Positions 9,203-18,684 are shown, numbered from the stretch's first letter. The stretch is 32,000 nt of DNA from Alkanindiges illinoisensis DSM 15370 (GCF_000619845.1 NZ_JHUX01000003.1:730064-762063), one strand, 5' to 3'. Notes: a model not told the origin generated them from the letters alone. Numbers and translations: made by a program.

Positions 9203-9248
9203 TTTTAAAAATCCTGAACTTTTAAAATCCCTGGACTTTTAAAAAAAC
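9203..9248. repeat. 17-bp tandem direct repeat (2 full units plus a partial unit) upstream of lpxB
   Basis: TTTTAAAAATCCTGAAC (9203-9219), TTTTAAAATCCCTGGAC (9220-9236), TTTTAAAAAAAC (9237-9248). Confidence 0.6.
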
Positions 9249-9378
9249 ACATAATTAATGCTACACTGCCGCCATTACAGGTTCAGGTTAGTCGTACTAA
9301 GTGACCACGTCCCCTATTATTTCCAATCCACATAATAGCCAAGGTCAAAAAACCATGACTTCAACGGGAGAGCAGGCC

Positions 9379-10563
9379 ATGCAGCATCAACCGCCTGGCA
9401 AGCCTTTACGTATTGGTATTGTGGTAGGTGAAGTGTCTGGCGATACACTAGGCGTAGCATTAATTAGAGCTTTTAAAGCACAGGGAATCGATGCAACTTT
9501 TGAAGGGATTGGCGGCCCACAAATGATTGCCGAGGGTTTTCACAGTATTTATCCCATGGAACGGCTCGCTGTCATGGGACTGGTGGAAGTCATGGGGCGG
9601 CTAAAGGAGTTGTTTGCCATTCGGGATGATCTGGTAGCTCGCTGGAAGGCCAGTCCGGTGGATATTTTTGTAGGGATTGATGCCCCTGATTTTAACCTAC
9701 GTTTGTCCAGTCAGCTCAAGCCATTGGGCATTAAAACTGTACAGTATGTTAGTCCATCTGTATGGGCATGGCGGCAGGGGCGGGTACATGGCATCCGCGC
9801 TGCGATTGATCTGGTGCTGTGCCTGTTTCCGTTTGAGGTCGATTTTTATTTAAAGCATCAAGTGCCAGCAGTATTCGTCGGTCATCCATTGGCACAGGAA
9901 ATTCCCGTGCAACATGACCTTGCACGGGCCAGGCAACAATTAGGGCTTGATCCAGCGCAAACCATCGTTGGTATTTTACCGGGAAGCCGTTCTGGCGAAG
10001 TATCCCGGCTTGCTCCGGTGTTGTTTGATAGCGCCTTTAAGCTACTGCAAAGCCAGCCAGCACTCAGGTTTTTGGTGCCGGCGATTAATCAGGCCCGTTT
10101 TGAGCAAATCCAGCAGATTCTAGCCAGTTATCCTGCATCCTTTAGCCAAGCCGTGCAGGTGATTCATGCGCAGGAAAGCAACAGTAAAATCGGACGTGAT
10201 GTCATGGCGGCCAGCGATCTGGTGCTACTGGCATCAGGAACGGCTACACTGGAATGCCTGCTGTTTGGCCGGCCCATGGTGGTGGTATACAAACTGCACT
10301 GGCTGACCTATTTGATTGCCAGCTTTATGGTCAGGATTCCGTATAAATCGTTGCCTAATATTCTAGCTAACCGTGAAGTGGTACCAGAGCTGATCCAGTA
10401 CGATGCCACACCTGATAAGGTCTATCTGGCTGCCAAGGCATTATTGCAAACGCCGCAGGGCAAAACCCAGCAGGACGCATTGGTTGCCATTCATCAACAA
10501 CTGCAAGGGCAACAAGCTGTCAATCCGGCGCTGGCAATACTAGGCCTGCTGAATAAAACATGA
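9379..10563 (+). CDS. lpxB: Lipid-A-disaccharide synthase
   Basis: The N-terminus KPLRIGIVVGEVSGDTLGV is as in LpxB, and the GT19 family features continue along the full length. The tracked ORF starts at GTG 9301. ATG 9355 and ATG 9379 are alternatives. 9379 is preferred because GGGAGAG lies 6 nt upstream and it matches the usual LpxB N-terminal length. Confidence 0.85.
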   Translation: MQHQPPGKPLRIGIVVGEVSGDTLGVALIRAFKAQGIDATFEGIGGPQMIAEGFHSIYPMERLAVMGLVEVMGRLKELFAIRDDLVARWKASPVDIFVGIDAPDFNLRLSSQLKPLGIKTVQYVSPSVWAWRQGRVHGIRAAIDLVLCLFPFEVDFYLKHQVPAVFVGHPLAQEIPVQHDLARARQQLGLDPAQTIVGILPGSRSGEVSRLAPVLFDSAFKLLQSQPALRFLVPAINQARFEQIQQILASYPASFSQAVQVIHAQESNSKIGRDVMAASDLVLLASGTATLECLLFGRPMVVVYKLHWLTYLIASFMVRIPYKSLPNILANREVVPELIQYDATPDKVYLAAKALLQTPQGKTQQDALVAIHQQLQGQQAVNPALAILGLLNKT

Positions 10564-10653
10564 TAAAACAATTTATAGAAAAACCATCACCAGTAATCAG
10601 GCTTTAAAGACTGATTTTATTCAATAAGTTGTAATAATAAAATTGAGAATAAA

Positions 10654-11265
10654 ATGAAGATCACCACAGCAACTCCCCACATGCAAGGCAATGTTGCCGA
10701 ACTCATGTATAGCGCTGGCCCCGAGCTTTATGATTTTATTTATAAAACAGCAAAGCACCGTGCACAGGATTTTATTCAGTTTGAGTTTGAATCCGGGCAG
10801 GGTTTTTGTGGCTATCGCAATGTCACCGTGGCGTTAGTAGATAATAAGGTTGTTGCCACAGGCTGTTTTTTTGATGGCAAGGTTTATCCCAAGCTAGCAC
10901 TGAGCACCTTAAAAAACATGATTCGTTTTTATGGTCTATTCAACATTTGGCCGATACTGCTACGCCTGCGCCATGTTGAAAGTGTGATGCAGCAGCCTAA
11001 AAAGAGCGAGCTTTACTTGTCCAATTTTGGCGTGGAACCTGATTTACGGGGTAAAGGCATTGGCAAAGCCATGCTGGAATATAAAATAGCCAAGGCCCGC
11101 CAGCAGTATTACCAGATTTTTTCACTGGATGTAGCGCACACCAATCCACGTGCACAGGCTTTGTATGAACGCATGGGGTTAAGGGCAGGCCAGCTTAAAA
11201 AATTCTCAGGCAAAAGCAAGGTCGTGCAAGTTCCCAATGCGATCAAGATGGAACTGGTTTTATAA
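10654..11265 (+). CDS. GNAT-family N-acetyltransferase
   Basis: Acetyl-CoA-binding motif A is present (VEPDLRGKGIGKAML), with a downstream NPRAQALYERMG block typical of GNAT folds. Confidence 0.75.
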   Translation: MKITTATPHMQGNVAELMYSAGPELYDFIYKTAKHRAQDFIQFEFESGQGFCGYRNVTVALVDNKVVATGCFFDGKVYPKLALSTLKNMIRFYGLFNIWPILLRLRHVESVMQQPKKSELYLSNFGVEPDLRGKGIGKAMLEYKIAKARQQYYQIFSLDVAHTNPRAQALYERMGLRAGQLKKFSGKSKVVQVPNAIKMELVL

Positions 11266-11327
11266 TATGCTTAAATTGATGGCATGACGAGCCAGCCAAA
11301 ATTTAAGAAATTTTCTAAGGAATAACG

Positions 11328-11990
11328 ATGCCGCTGCTGGTCAATCTGAATCATCATTCATCGCGTATTCTGGCGCGTTCTGAAATGAATCCCAACCTGA
11401 TCCTGCCTGATGCATCTTTACTGGTTGCCGGTGTTGATGAAGCCGGGCGGGGGCCTTTAATTGGTTCTGTGGTCACGGCAGCAGTTATTTTAAATCCTGA
11501 TCAGCCAATTGCCGGGCTTAATGACTCTAAAAAGCTCTCGGAAAAAAAGCGTGAGCTATTGTTTGCACAAATCCAGCAACATGCGCTGGCCTGGTGTATT
11601 GCAGAAGCAACCCATGAAGAAATTGACCAGTTCAATATTTTGCAGGCCACCATGCTGGCCATGAAGCGTGCGATTGAGGGGCTGGTAATAACGCCGGGTA
11701 CGGCACTTATTGATGGCAATAGATGCCCTGATACGGATATTGCCTGTCGAGCAATTGTTGGTGGGGATGGTCTGGAGCAAAGCATTGGCGCTGCCAGTAT
11801 TCTGGCCAAGGTCACGCGTGACCGGCAACTACAGGAGCTTGACCGCCAGTATCCGCAATATGGTTTGGCAAAGCATAAAGGCTACCCTACCAAGGCGCAT
11901 CTGGAAGCCATTGCATTACATGGTATTTTGCCCGAGCATCGTAAAAGTTATGGGCCAGTGAAGAAATATTGTGAAGCCACTTCTTTTTAA
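11328..11990 (+). CDS. rnhB: Ribonuclease HII
   Basis: [23 protein letters not shown] and DSKKLS motifs. ATG 11328 has AAGGA 6 nt upstream. ATG 11385 (MNPNLILPD...) is an alternative start that would match the E. coli RnhB length better. Confidence 0.9.
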   Translation: MPLLVNLNHHSSRILARSEMNPNLILPDASLLVAGVDEAGRGPLIGSVVTAAVILNPDQPIAGLNDSKKLSEKKRELLFAQIQQHALAWCIAEATHEEIDQFNILQATMLAMKRAIEGLVITPGTALIDGNRCPDTDIACRAIVGGDGLEQSIGAASILAKVTRDRQLQELDRQYPQYGLAKHKGYPTKAHLEAIALHGILPEHRKSYGPVKKYCEATSF

Positions 11991-12014
11991 TTTAAAGCAG
12001 CTTTATGCTAAAAC

Positions 12015-12040
12015 TAGCCTGCTTTTTAAAAAACAGGCTA
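12015..12040. terminator. Palindromic hairpin between convergent rnhB and the 90-aa ORF (bidirectional terminator candidate)
   Basis: TAGCCTG (12015-12021) and CAGGCTA (12034-12040) flank CTTTTTAAAAAA. The T and A runs are placed to serve either strand. Confidence 0.45.
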
Positions 12041-12057
12041 TAGAGTGTGTGAACAAT

Positions 12058-12330
12058 TTACACTTGCGGTTCTGCTGGTGCTGAGCCATACAAACGCGCC
12101 ATATCATCAAAGCTTCGGGTTTCATGCAGCCATAGCTCCTTGAAGTATTCAATACGTTTTACCTGTGCCTGTGCTGACGGGCTATCGTCTTCACCATGAA
12201 AGGTAAACAGTAGCGGATCGCCAATTTCTTCGCCATTTTCAACTAGGGTCATAAAATAAGCATTTAACAGCGGATCAATTCCAATAATGGCATCACGCCG
12301 ATGCTGGTGGGAGTGTTTGCTTGTCATCAT
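12058..12330 (-). CDS. Hypothetical acidic 90-aa protein (orphan)
   Basis: ORF with a good SD (gagaGAAGGAataaATG on the minus strand). I recognise no family. Confidence 0.5.
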   Translation of the reverse strand: MMTSKHSHQHRRDAIIGIDPLLNAYFMTLVENGEEIGDPLLFTFHGEDDSPSAQAQVKRIEYFKELWLHETRSFDDMARLYGSAPAEPQV

Positions 12331-12814
12331 TTATTCCTTCTCTCGATTTTCGACAAAACATTAAGGGTTGCTTGGCGCAAGCCTTACCTAAGATCATTGC
12401 TAACATTGTATTAACAACATATTGTGCCCGGTCACAGAGGCTGGGCGACATAATCCATCATGCATGAGCCCATCGTATAGCATGAAAAATAACCAAGCTT
12501 TTTAGCAGTTTTATTGTCGGGAAAATTTTAAAGAGATTTTTAAAGAAAAATATGATTCATGTGGTTGTTTTTATTGATATTTTAATGAAATAATTTGTTG
12601 CGCTTTGTTTTTTATAAAGTATACCTAAGTGTAAAAATTAATGTATTTTATCAACAAAACTGATTATTCTGCTAACTGATATTCAAGCTATGAGGTAAAA
12701 AATAAAGCCAAGTCTATGGATAATAAACTGCTTAAGTGGATACTGAAAAATTAACTAAATCTAAAATCAACCTTATTGAATTGAAAACTAAAAATGTGAA
12801 AGGAAAAAAACAAC

Positions 12815-13666
12815 ATGACTATCAGCGGCCAAACCAGAATTCTGGCATTGATTGGCGATCCTGTGGTGCAGGCCAAAACGCCCACCCTGATAAATAAATT
12901 ATTGCATGCACAAGGCCAGCAGGATGACTATGTACTTATTCCCATGCAGGTTAGCAGTAGTCATTTACAGGAAGTGCTAACTGGTTTACATCATATGCAG
13001 AATTTTTGTGGCGCCGTGATTACCATGCCACACAAAATGGCAATTTGTGCCTTACTGGATTTCTTAACAGATGAGGCACAAGCCATTGGCGCAGTGAATG
13101 TGATTTATCGGGATATAGCGGGCAAATTATATGGTCATATTTTAGACGGTGAAGGCTTTGTGAATGGCTTATTAGCTGCTGGGCATTCAGTGCAGGGCAG
13201 TCACTGTATTTTACGGGGAGCAGGCGGTGCAGCATCAGCCATTGGATTTGCACTGGCACGACATGGTTGCCAATCTCTGCAAATTTATAATCGCAGCCTT
13301 AAAAAAGCCGAGTTGTTAAAAGCCCAGCTTCAGGCAGTTTATCCAGCATTTGAAGTGACAGCAGTTAGCGCAGAGCAGCACATTCTTGACTTATTCACTC
13401 AGGAAGAAAATAAGTCATCCCAGAAAAGGTTTGATATTGCCATTAATGCCAGCAGTCTGGGAATGCAGGCTCAAGATGCACTGCCATTTTCAGCAGCGCT
13501 TATCAAACGCTGTAAGCTGGTTGCTGAGTGTGTGATTGCCCCTGAACACACTGCGCTGCTGCAATTAAGTCACAGTTTGGGCGTAAAAACCCATTTGGGA
13601 TTAAATATGTTGAACAGCCAACTGGCGCTGATGCTGGAATTTATGACCAGGCAAGACACAAAATAA
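12815..13666 (+). CDS. Shikimate dehydrogenase family protein (AroE-like paralog)
   Basis: AroE-family blocks are present: GDPVVQAKTP (cf. GNPIAHSKSP), VITMPHK (catalytic Lys), GAVNV, LDGEG (catalytic Asp) and the GAGGAASA nucleotide loop. SD-like aaAGGAAaaaaacaacATG lies upstream. Confidence 0.75.
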   Translation: MTISGQTRILALIGDPVVQAKTPTLINKLLHAQGQQDDYVLIPMQVSSSHLQEVLTGLHHMQNFCGAVITMPHKMAICALLDFLTDEAQAIGAVNVIYRDIAGKLYGHILDGEGFVNGLLAAGHSVQGSHCILRGAGGAASAIGFALARHGCQSLQIYNRSLKKAELLKAQLQAVYPAFEVTAVSAEQHILDLFTQEENKSSQKRFDIAINASSLGMQAQDALPFSAALIKRCKLVAECVIAPEHTALLQLSHSLGVKTHLGLNMLNSQLALMLEFMTRQDTK

Positions 13667-13684
13667 AAGCGGCCTAAGCCGCTT
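13667..13684. terminator. GC-rich hairpin between convergent AroE-like gene and csrA (bidirectional terminator candidate)
   Basis: AAGCGGC (13667-13673), loop CTAA, GCCGCTT (13678-13684). The minus-strand reading is followed by TTTTATTT and the plus-strand reading by TTAT. Confidence 0.55.
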
Positions 13685-13744
13685 ATAAGATACCTGCATG
13701 TAAACCTAAACGCTTACATTAGGATTAATCGCTGCAATCAACAC

Positions 13745-13984
13745 CTAGCGATTATAGTTATCATCATCAAATGATGGCTGGTAATCCTGTTCCAGATGCT
13801 GCAAATGTTCATGCATGGCGCGTTCATGCTGAATACGCTGGTAAATCTCTTCGCGATGTACCGACACTTCTTTGGGTGCATTAACACCAATACGCACCTG
13901 ATTACCTTTAACGCCCAACACTGTGACGCTAACTTCATCCCCAATCATCAGGGTTTCCCCGACGCGGCGGGTCAGAATAAGCAT
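13745..13984 (-). CDS. csrA: Carbon storage regulator CsrA (RsmA family) with a C-terminal extension
   Basis: [48 protein letters not shown] is the canonical CsrA core. It is located downstream of alaS-lysC, as in Pseudomonas. Confidence 0.9.
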   Translation of the reverse strand: MLILTRRVGETLMIGDEVSVTVLGVKGNQVRIGVNAPKEVSVHREEIYQRIQHERAMHEHLQHLEQDYQPSFDDDNYNR

Positions 13985-14234
13985 TCTCTTCTCCTTGTAT
14001 CAACCTTTCTAGCATACTCGATTTATATGATCAGTATCGCTTAAAGTTATTTTTCCGAATAGCACTATCTACATTTTTTTGTAAAACAAACAATGGCTTT
14101 TGTATTCCGTTTATCTTACATGGAATAATTTTGCAGCCGTTGCAAGCAACTGTGATCAATTTAACATGAAACAGTTGCTTTTGCTGCATGCTTTTATGCA
14201 AATATTCCCGGCTTATTCTCTGATCTATTCAGGT

Positions 14235-15515
14235 TTAGGCACGGGCACTGCTTTCGCCAGTCGCGCGGTCAAGATCAAATGCGGTGTGCAGGCTACGCAC
14301 CGCCAGTTCCAGATATTTTTCATCAACCACGACAGAGATTTTGATTTCAGAGGTCGAAATCATCTGGATGTTAATACCATCTTTGGCCAGTGCAGTAAAC
14401 ATCTTGCTAGCCACACCAGCATGAGAACGCATGCCAACACCAACAATGGATACCTTAACAATGCTGTCATCGCCAATGACCTGACCCGCACCAATGTCCT
14501 TGCCAATGGTTTCTAGCAGGTTTAGTGCCTTTTTAAAGTCAGTACGGTTGACGGTAAACGTGAAATCAGTAGTGCCATCGGCAGCAATGTTTTGCACAAT
14601 CATGTCAATTTCAATGTTGGCATCACCAATTGGCGACAGAATACGTGATGCAACGCCCGGCTGATCAGGTACACCGCGAATGGTCAATTTTGCTTCGTCA
14701 CGGTTAAAGGCAATACCAGAGATAATAGGCTGTTCCATAGTATGTTCCGATTCGGTGGTGATTAAAGTACCAACATTGTTTTTAAAGTCTTCGTCAAAGG
14801 CGCCATCGGTATCATTATCAAAACTGGACAATACACGTAGTGGCACCTGATATTTGCCTGCAAACTCCACAGAACGGATCTGTAGCACTTTTGAACCCAG
14901 GCTGGCCATTTCCAGCATTTCCTCAAAAGTAATGCGATCCAGTTTCTTGGCTTTGGGTGCAACGCGTGGATCAGTGGTATACACTCCATCCACATCAGTA
15001 TAAATCTGGCATTCGTCAGCTTTTAATGCTGCCGCCAATGCAACGCCTGTGGTGTCAGAACCGCCACGGCCCAATGTCGTGGTATGGCCTTCTGCATCTA
15101 CACCCTGAAAACCGGCAACCACCAGTACTTTGCCGCTGTTTAAATCTTTATGCATTAAATCAGCATCAATGCTTTGAATACGCGCCTTGTTAAACGAGCT
15201 GTCAGTTAGAATACCTACCTGACGGCCAGTGTAGGAGCACGCATCCACATCAATGGATCTTAGAGCTATGGCCAGCATCGCAATGGTGACTTGTTCGCCT
15301 GTCGATACCATCTGGTCCAGCTCACGCGGATCAGGATTTTCGGTAATGGATTTCGCCAAACCCAGCAGACGATTGGTTTCACCGCTCATTGCAGAAACCA
15401 CCACTACTACACGATGACCGTGGTCATGCCAGCGTTTTACCCGACGCGCTACATTTAAAATGCGCTCGGGTGTACCCATTGAGGTACCCCCATATTTTTG
15501 TACGATCAAAGCCAT
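14235..15515 (-). CDS. lysC: Aspartate kinase (monofunctional, LysC type with C-terminal ACT domains)
   Basis: [15 protein letters not shown]..., [14 protein letters not shown] and [10 protein letters not shown] motifs, with a tandem ACT region at the C-terminus. Confidence 0.9.
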   Translation of the reverse strand: MALIVQKYGGTSMGTPERILNVARRVKRWHDHGHRVVVVVSAMSGETNRLLGLAKSITENPDPRELDQMVSTGEQVTIAMLAIALRSIDVDACSYTGRQVGILTDSSFNKARIQSIDADLMHKDLNSGKVLVVAGFQGVDAEGHTTTLGRGGSDTTGVALAAALKADECQIYTDVDGVYTTDPRVAPKAKKLDRITFEEMLEMASLGSKVLQIRSVEFAGKYQVPLRVLSSFDNDTDGAFDEDFKNNVGTLITTESEHTMEQPIISGIAFNRDEAKLTIRGVPDQPGVASRILSPIGDANIEIDMIVQNIAADGTTDFTFTVNRTDFKKALNLLETIGKDIGAGQVIGDDSIVKVSIVGVGMRSHAGVASKMFTALAKDGINIQMISTSEIKISVVVDEKYLELAVRSLHTAFDLDRATGESSARA

Positions 15516-15624
15516 AATTATTCCATCTGTTTTTAAATTCGCATGCCAGGGTCATTGCTTTGCCAGACACGCGTGCTCATCAATAATACGGTTGGGCAGG
15601 TGTTGTAACTGCCAACCCAATGAA

Positions 15625-18300
15625 TCAACGGGTATATTGCGTGGTCAGCCAGTCCGGCAAACTCCCCATAACGTCAGCATAGTTGGGTGCAATCGGCGCG
15701 CCGCCCTGAGCAAGGTCAGGCTTGCCACCACCTTTACCGCCCAGTTGTTCGGTCAAGTGCTTGATAATGTCGCCTGCTTTTACTTTTGCTGTGTGCTCTT
15801 TAGCGACAGAAGCCAGTAAGCTGACCTTGCCAGCGCCATCGGTAGCAGCCAGTACAATTACGCCATCGGACAGGCGGGATTTCACGCTATCTAGCAGGTT
15901 GCGCAGGGTTTTGCCATCCATATTGTCCAGCTCGGCAATCAGGGTTTTAATCCCTGCAATTTCTTGCACCTGTTCAACCAGCTCGGCACTTTGGCTGCTG
16001 GCCAGTTTCTGGTTTAGGCGTTCAATCTGTTTTTCAAGTAAACGGCTGTTCTCGGCCATGGCTTCAACACGGTTAAAGACCTGATCACGCTGGGCCTTGA
16101 TCAAGCTGCTGATTTGCGCCAGTTGCTGGTCGGCCTGCTGTACTACAGCCAGTGCCGCAGTACCAGTAACGGCTTCAATCCGGCGAATACCAGCGGCAAT
16201 ACCGCCCTCAGAAATAATCTTGAATAAGCCAATATCACCGGTGCGATTCACATGAATGCCACCACATAGTTCAATTGAAAAGTGGCGGTCATCTTTTTGG
16301 CTGCCCATACTGAGCACACGCACTTTGTCACCGTATTTTTCACCAAACAGCATCATTGCGCCTTTGTTTTTGGCTGATTCAATATCCAGTTCTTCGGTAG
16401 ATACTGGCGTATTGGCAATCACCTCAGCATTCACCAGACGCTCAATTTCCTGTAATTGAGCAAAGCTTACCGGCTGGTCATTGGCAAAGTCAAAACGCAA
16501 TACGGATGCAGATACGAGCGAACCCTTCTGGCTTACATGGGTGCCCAATACCTGACGCAAAGCCGCATGCAGCAGGTGAGTGGCCGAGTGATTACGTGCA
16601 GTTGCGGCGCGCATATCAGCCTTGACGGTTGCCTGTACTGCTTGTGACACGCTAACGGTGCCCATGGTTACCAGACCTTGATGCACAATGGCCGAGCCTG
16701 ATTTTTTGGTATCCTGAACCTCAAAAATACCATTTTCGCCTGTCAGTAAGCCGGTATCGCCAACCTGACCACCGCTTTCGGCATAAAACGGGGTTTGATC
16801 CAGCACAATCAGGCCTTCATCACCTTCAGATAATGAATCAACGGCTTGTCCATCTTTATACAGTGCAATGATATTGCCTTGAGCATCAGTCCCAGCATAG
16901 CCATGGAATACTGATTCCTGATCGACTTTAACAATACTGTTGTAATCAATATTGAACTTGCCGGCATCACGCGCGCGCTGGCGTTGTTGGGCCATTTCAG
17001 CTTCAAAACCCGCTTCATCAATGTGCAAATTACGCTCGCGGGCAATGTCAGCAGTCAGGTCAACCGGGAAGCCATAGGTGTCGTACAGCTTGAATACCGT
17101 GCTACCTGCAATGGTATTGCCTTGCAGTTGAGCCAGCTCAGTTTCCAGCAAACGCAGACCCTGTTCCAGCGTACGGGCAAACTGTTCTTCTTCTTTCAGT
17201 AAGGTTGCCTCAACCACTTCACGACGGTTGACTAATTCAGGATAGGCTTCACCCATGACATCAATCAGTGGCTGCACCATCTTGTGGAAAAAGCTACCGG
17301 TTGCACCCAGCTTGTTGCCATGACGCACGGCACGGCGAATAATCCGGCGCAATACATAGCCTCGGCCTTCGTTGCTGGGTGTTACACCATCGGCAATTAA
17401 AAACGAGCAGGAGCGCGCATGATCAGCCAGTACGCGCAGGGAAGGATGCCCCTGCTTTTCAAAATCAGTGTCTTCAATGCCAATAATTTGTGCCGCAGAT
17501 TTAATCAGATGCTGGAACAGGTCAATTTCATAATTGGAATGCACATGCTGCATCACCGCGCTAATACGTTCCAGACCCATGCCAGTATCCACGCTTGGCG
17601 CAGGTAACGGATGCAAAACCCCATCAGCCGTGCGGTTAAACTGCATGAACACATTGTTCCAGATTTCAATAAAGCGGTCACCGTCTTCTTCAGGCGTGCC
17701 CGGCAAGCCACCGGCAATGTCAGCGCCATGATCATAGAAAATTTCAGTACATGGCCCACATGGCCCAGTGTCACCCATGGCCCAGAAGTTATCAGAGGCG
17801 TAAGGTGCGCCCTTGTTGTCACCAATACGAATGATTCGATCAGCGCTTAGGCCAATATCCTTGTTCCAGATATCAAATGCTTCGTCATCAGTAGCATATA
17901 CAGTCACATACAGGCGATCAGTCGGCAGAGCTAGCCACTCGGAGCTGGTGAGAAATTCCCATGCAAATTGAATTGCATCTTTTTTGAAATAATCACCAAA
18001 GGAAAAATTGCCCAGCATTTCAAAGAAAGTATGATGCCGTGCCGTGTAGCCCACGTTATCCAGATCGTTATGCTTGCCGCCAGCGCGGACACATTTCTGG
18101 CTTGAGGTAGCACGCACATAATTACGCTTGTCCATGCCCAAAAAGCAGTCTTTGAACTGGTTCATGCCTGCATTGGTGAATAGCAGGGTCGGGTCATTGG
18201 CAGGAATCAGGGAACTGGACGCAACACGCGTGTGGCCTTGCGTTTCAAAATAACGCAAAAACGCTTCACGAATTTCGTTCGATGTCATCATACGGCTCAC
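15625..18300 (-). CDS. alaS: Alanine--tRNA ligase
   Basis: 891 aa with [34 protein letters not shown], the HSATHLL editing-domain motif and a C-terminal [14 protein letters not shown] 18300 has GGGAG 7 nt upstream. ATG 18291 and ATG 18288 are alternative starts. Confidence 0.95.
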   Translation of the reverse strand: MSRMMTSNEIREAFLRYFETQGHTRVASSSLIPANDPTLLFTNAGMNQFKDCFLGMDKRNYVRATSSQKCVRAGGKHNDLDNVGYTARHHTFFEMLGNFSFGDYFKKDAIQFAWEFLTSSEWLALPTDRLYVTVYATDDEAFDIWNKDIGLSADRIIRIGDNKGAPYASDNFWAMGDTGPCGPCTEIFYDHGADIAGGLPGTPEEDGDRFIEIWNNVFMQFNRTADGVLHPLPAPSVDTGMGLERISAVMQHVHSNYEIDLFQHLIKSAAQIIGIEDTDFEKQGHPSLRVLADHARSCSFLIADGVTPSNEGRGYVLRRIIRRAVRHGNKLGATGSFFHKMVQPLIDVMGEAYPELVNRREVVEATLLKEEEQFARTLEQGLRLLETELAQLQGNTIAGSTVFKLYDTYGFPVDLTADIARERNLHIDEAGFEAEMAQQRQRARDAGKFNIDYNSIVKVDQESVFHGYAGTDAQGNIIALYKDGQAVDSLSEGDEGLIVLDQTPFYAESGGQVGDTGLLTGENGIFEVQDTKKSGSAIVHQGLVTMGTVSVSQAVQATVKADMRAATARNHSATHLLHAALRQVLGTHVSQKGSLVSASVLRFDFANDQPVSFAQLQEIERLVNAEVIANTPVSTEELDIESAKNKGAMMLFGEKYGDKVRVLSMGSQKDDRHFSIELCGGIHVNRTGDIGLFKIISEGGIAAGIRRIEAVTGTAALAVVQQADQQLAQISSLIKAQRDQVFNRVEAMAENSRLLEKQIERLNQKLASSQSAELVEQVQEIAGIKTLIAELDNMDGKTLRNLLDSVKSRLSDGVIVLAATDGAGKVSLLASVAKEHTAKVKAGDIIKHLTEQLGGKGGGKPDLAQGGAPIAPNYADVMGSLPDWLTTQYTR

Positions 18301-18684
18301 AAAACAGCTCCCAGACCAATAACCACATACATAAAAAGCCAGATCATTTTATCGTTTGATCTAACCCGTAAAACCAGCCCGCAAAGTGGCCTGATTAACA
18401 CCCAAAATGAATAAGCAATACCGTCAAAACACAGGATTTTCCACAGTCCGCTATAATTGACCCGCAAATTATTGCAAAAGTCTATTGCAAGCAGCAGCAA
18501 GTAGAAAAAAGCTGGCTTGGTTTAAAAGCCGCAAAGTATAGCCGATTTTACAGTTTGCTCAAAATCATTCTGCAGCGCTTTTGACCAGCCTGCGAAAAAA
18601 AAGCCATAAAAGCAAAAAGGATAGGCTACAGGTATAAAAACAGTTAAAATAGCGCTCTTTTTTTGCGGTTGTTGAGGCACGTGC

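Noticed and set aside
13667-13744. Expected tRNA genes downstream of csrA (tRNA-Ser follows csrA/rsmA in E. coli and Pseudomonas)
   Set aside because: The 78-nt spacer holds only a terminator hairpin. There is no cloverleaf-compatible sequence, T-loop GTTCRANYC or CCA context. I saw no tRNA anywhere in the window.
15516-15624. Possible lysine riboswitch (L-box) in front of lysC, as in E. coli and Firmicutes
   Set aside because: The alaS-lysC spacer is only about 108 nt, too short for the roughly 180-nt L-box. I see only one hairpin (GGTTGGGCAG/CTGCCAACC, 15590-15617), which looks like an alaS terminator or attenuator.
15722-18119. Many 60-120-aa ORFs antisense or out of frame inside alaS, with similar ones inside hrpA (3524-7322), aroC (19731-20829), accC (23044-24276), lysC (14100-15193), rnhB, prmB and the KAS III gene
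   Set aside because: They are shadow ORFs embedded in strongly supported conserved genes. They have no motifs and no independent start signals.
18301-18684. 384-bp alaS/prmB divergent spacer with small ORFs (18297-18500 -, 18522-18773 -), duplicated TATTGCAA boxes (18470-18477, 18483-18490) and a plus-strand TATAAT (18452-18457)
   Set aside because: The ORFs use TTG or overlapping starts and look non-coding. The boxes are plausible promoter or AlaRS-autoregulation elements, but the evidence is too weak to call. No distinctive structure stood out.
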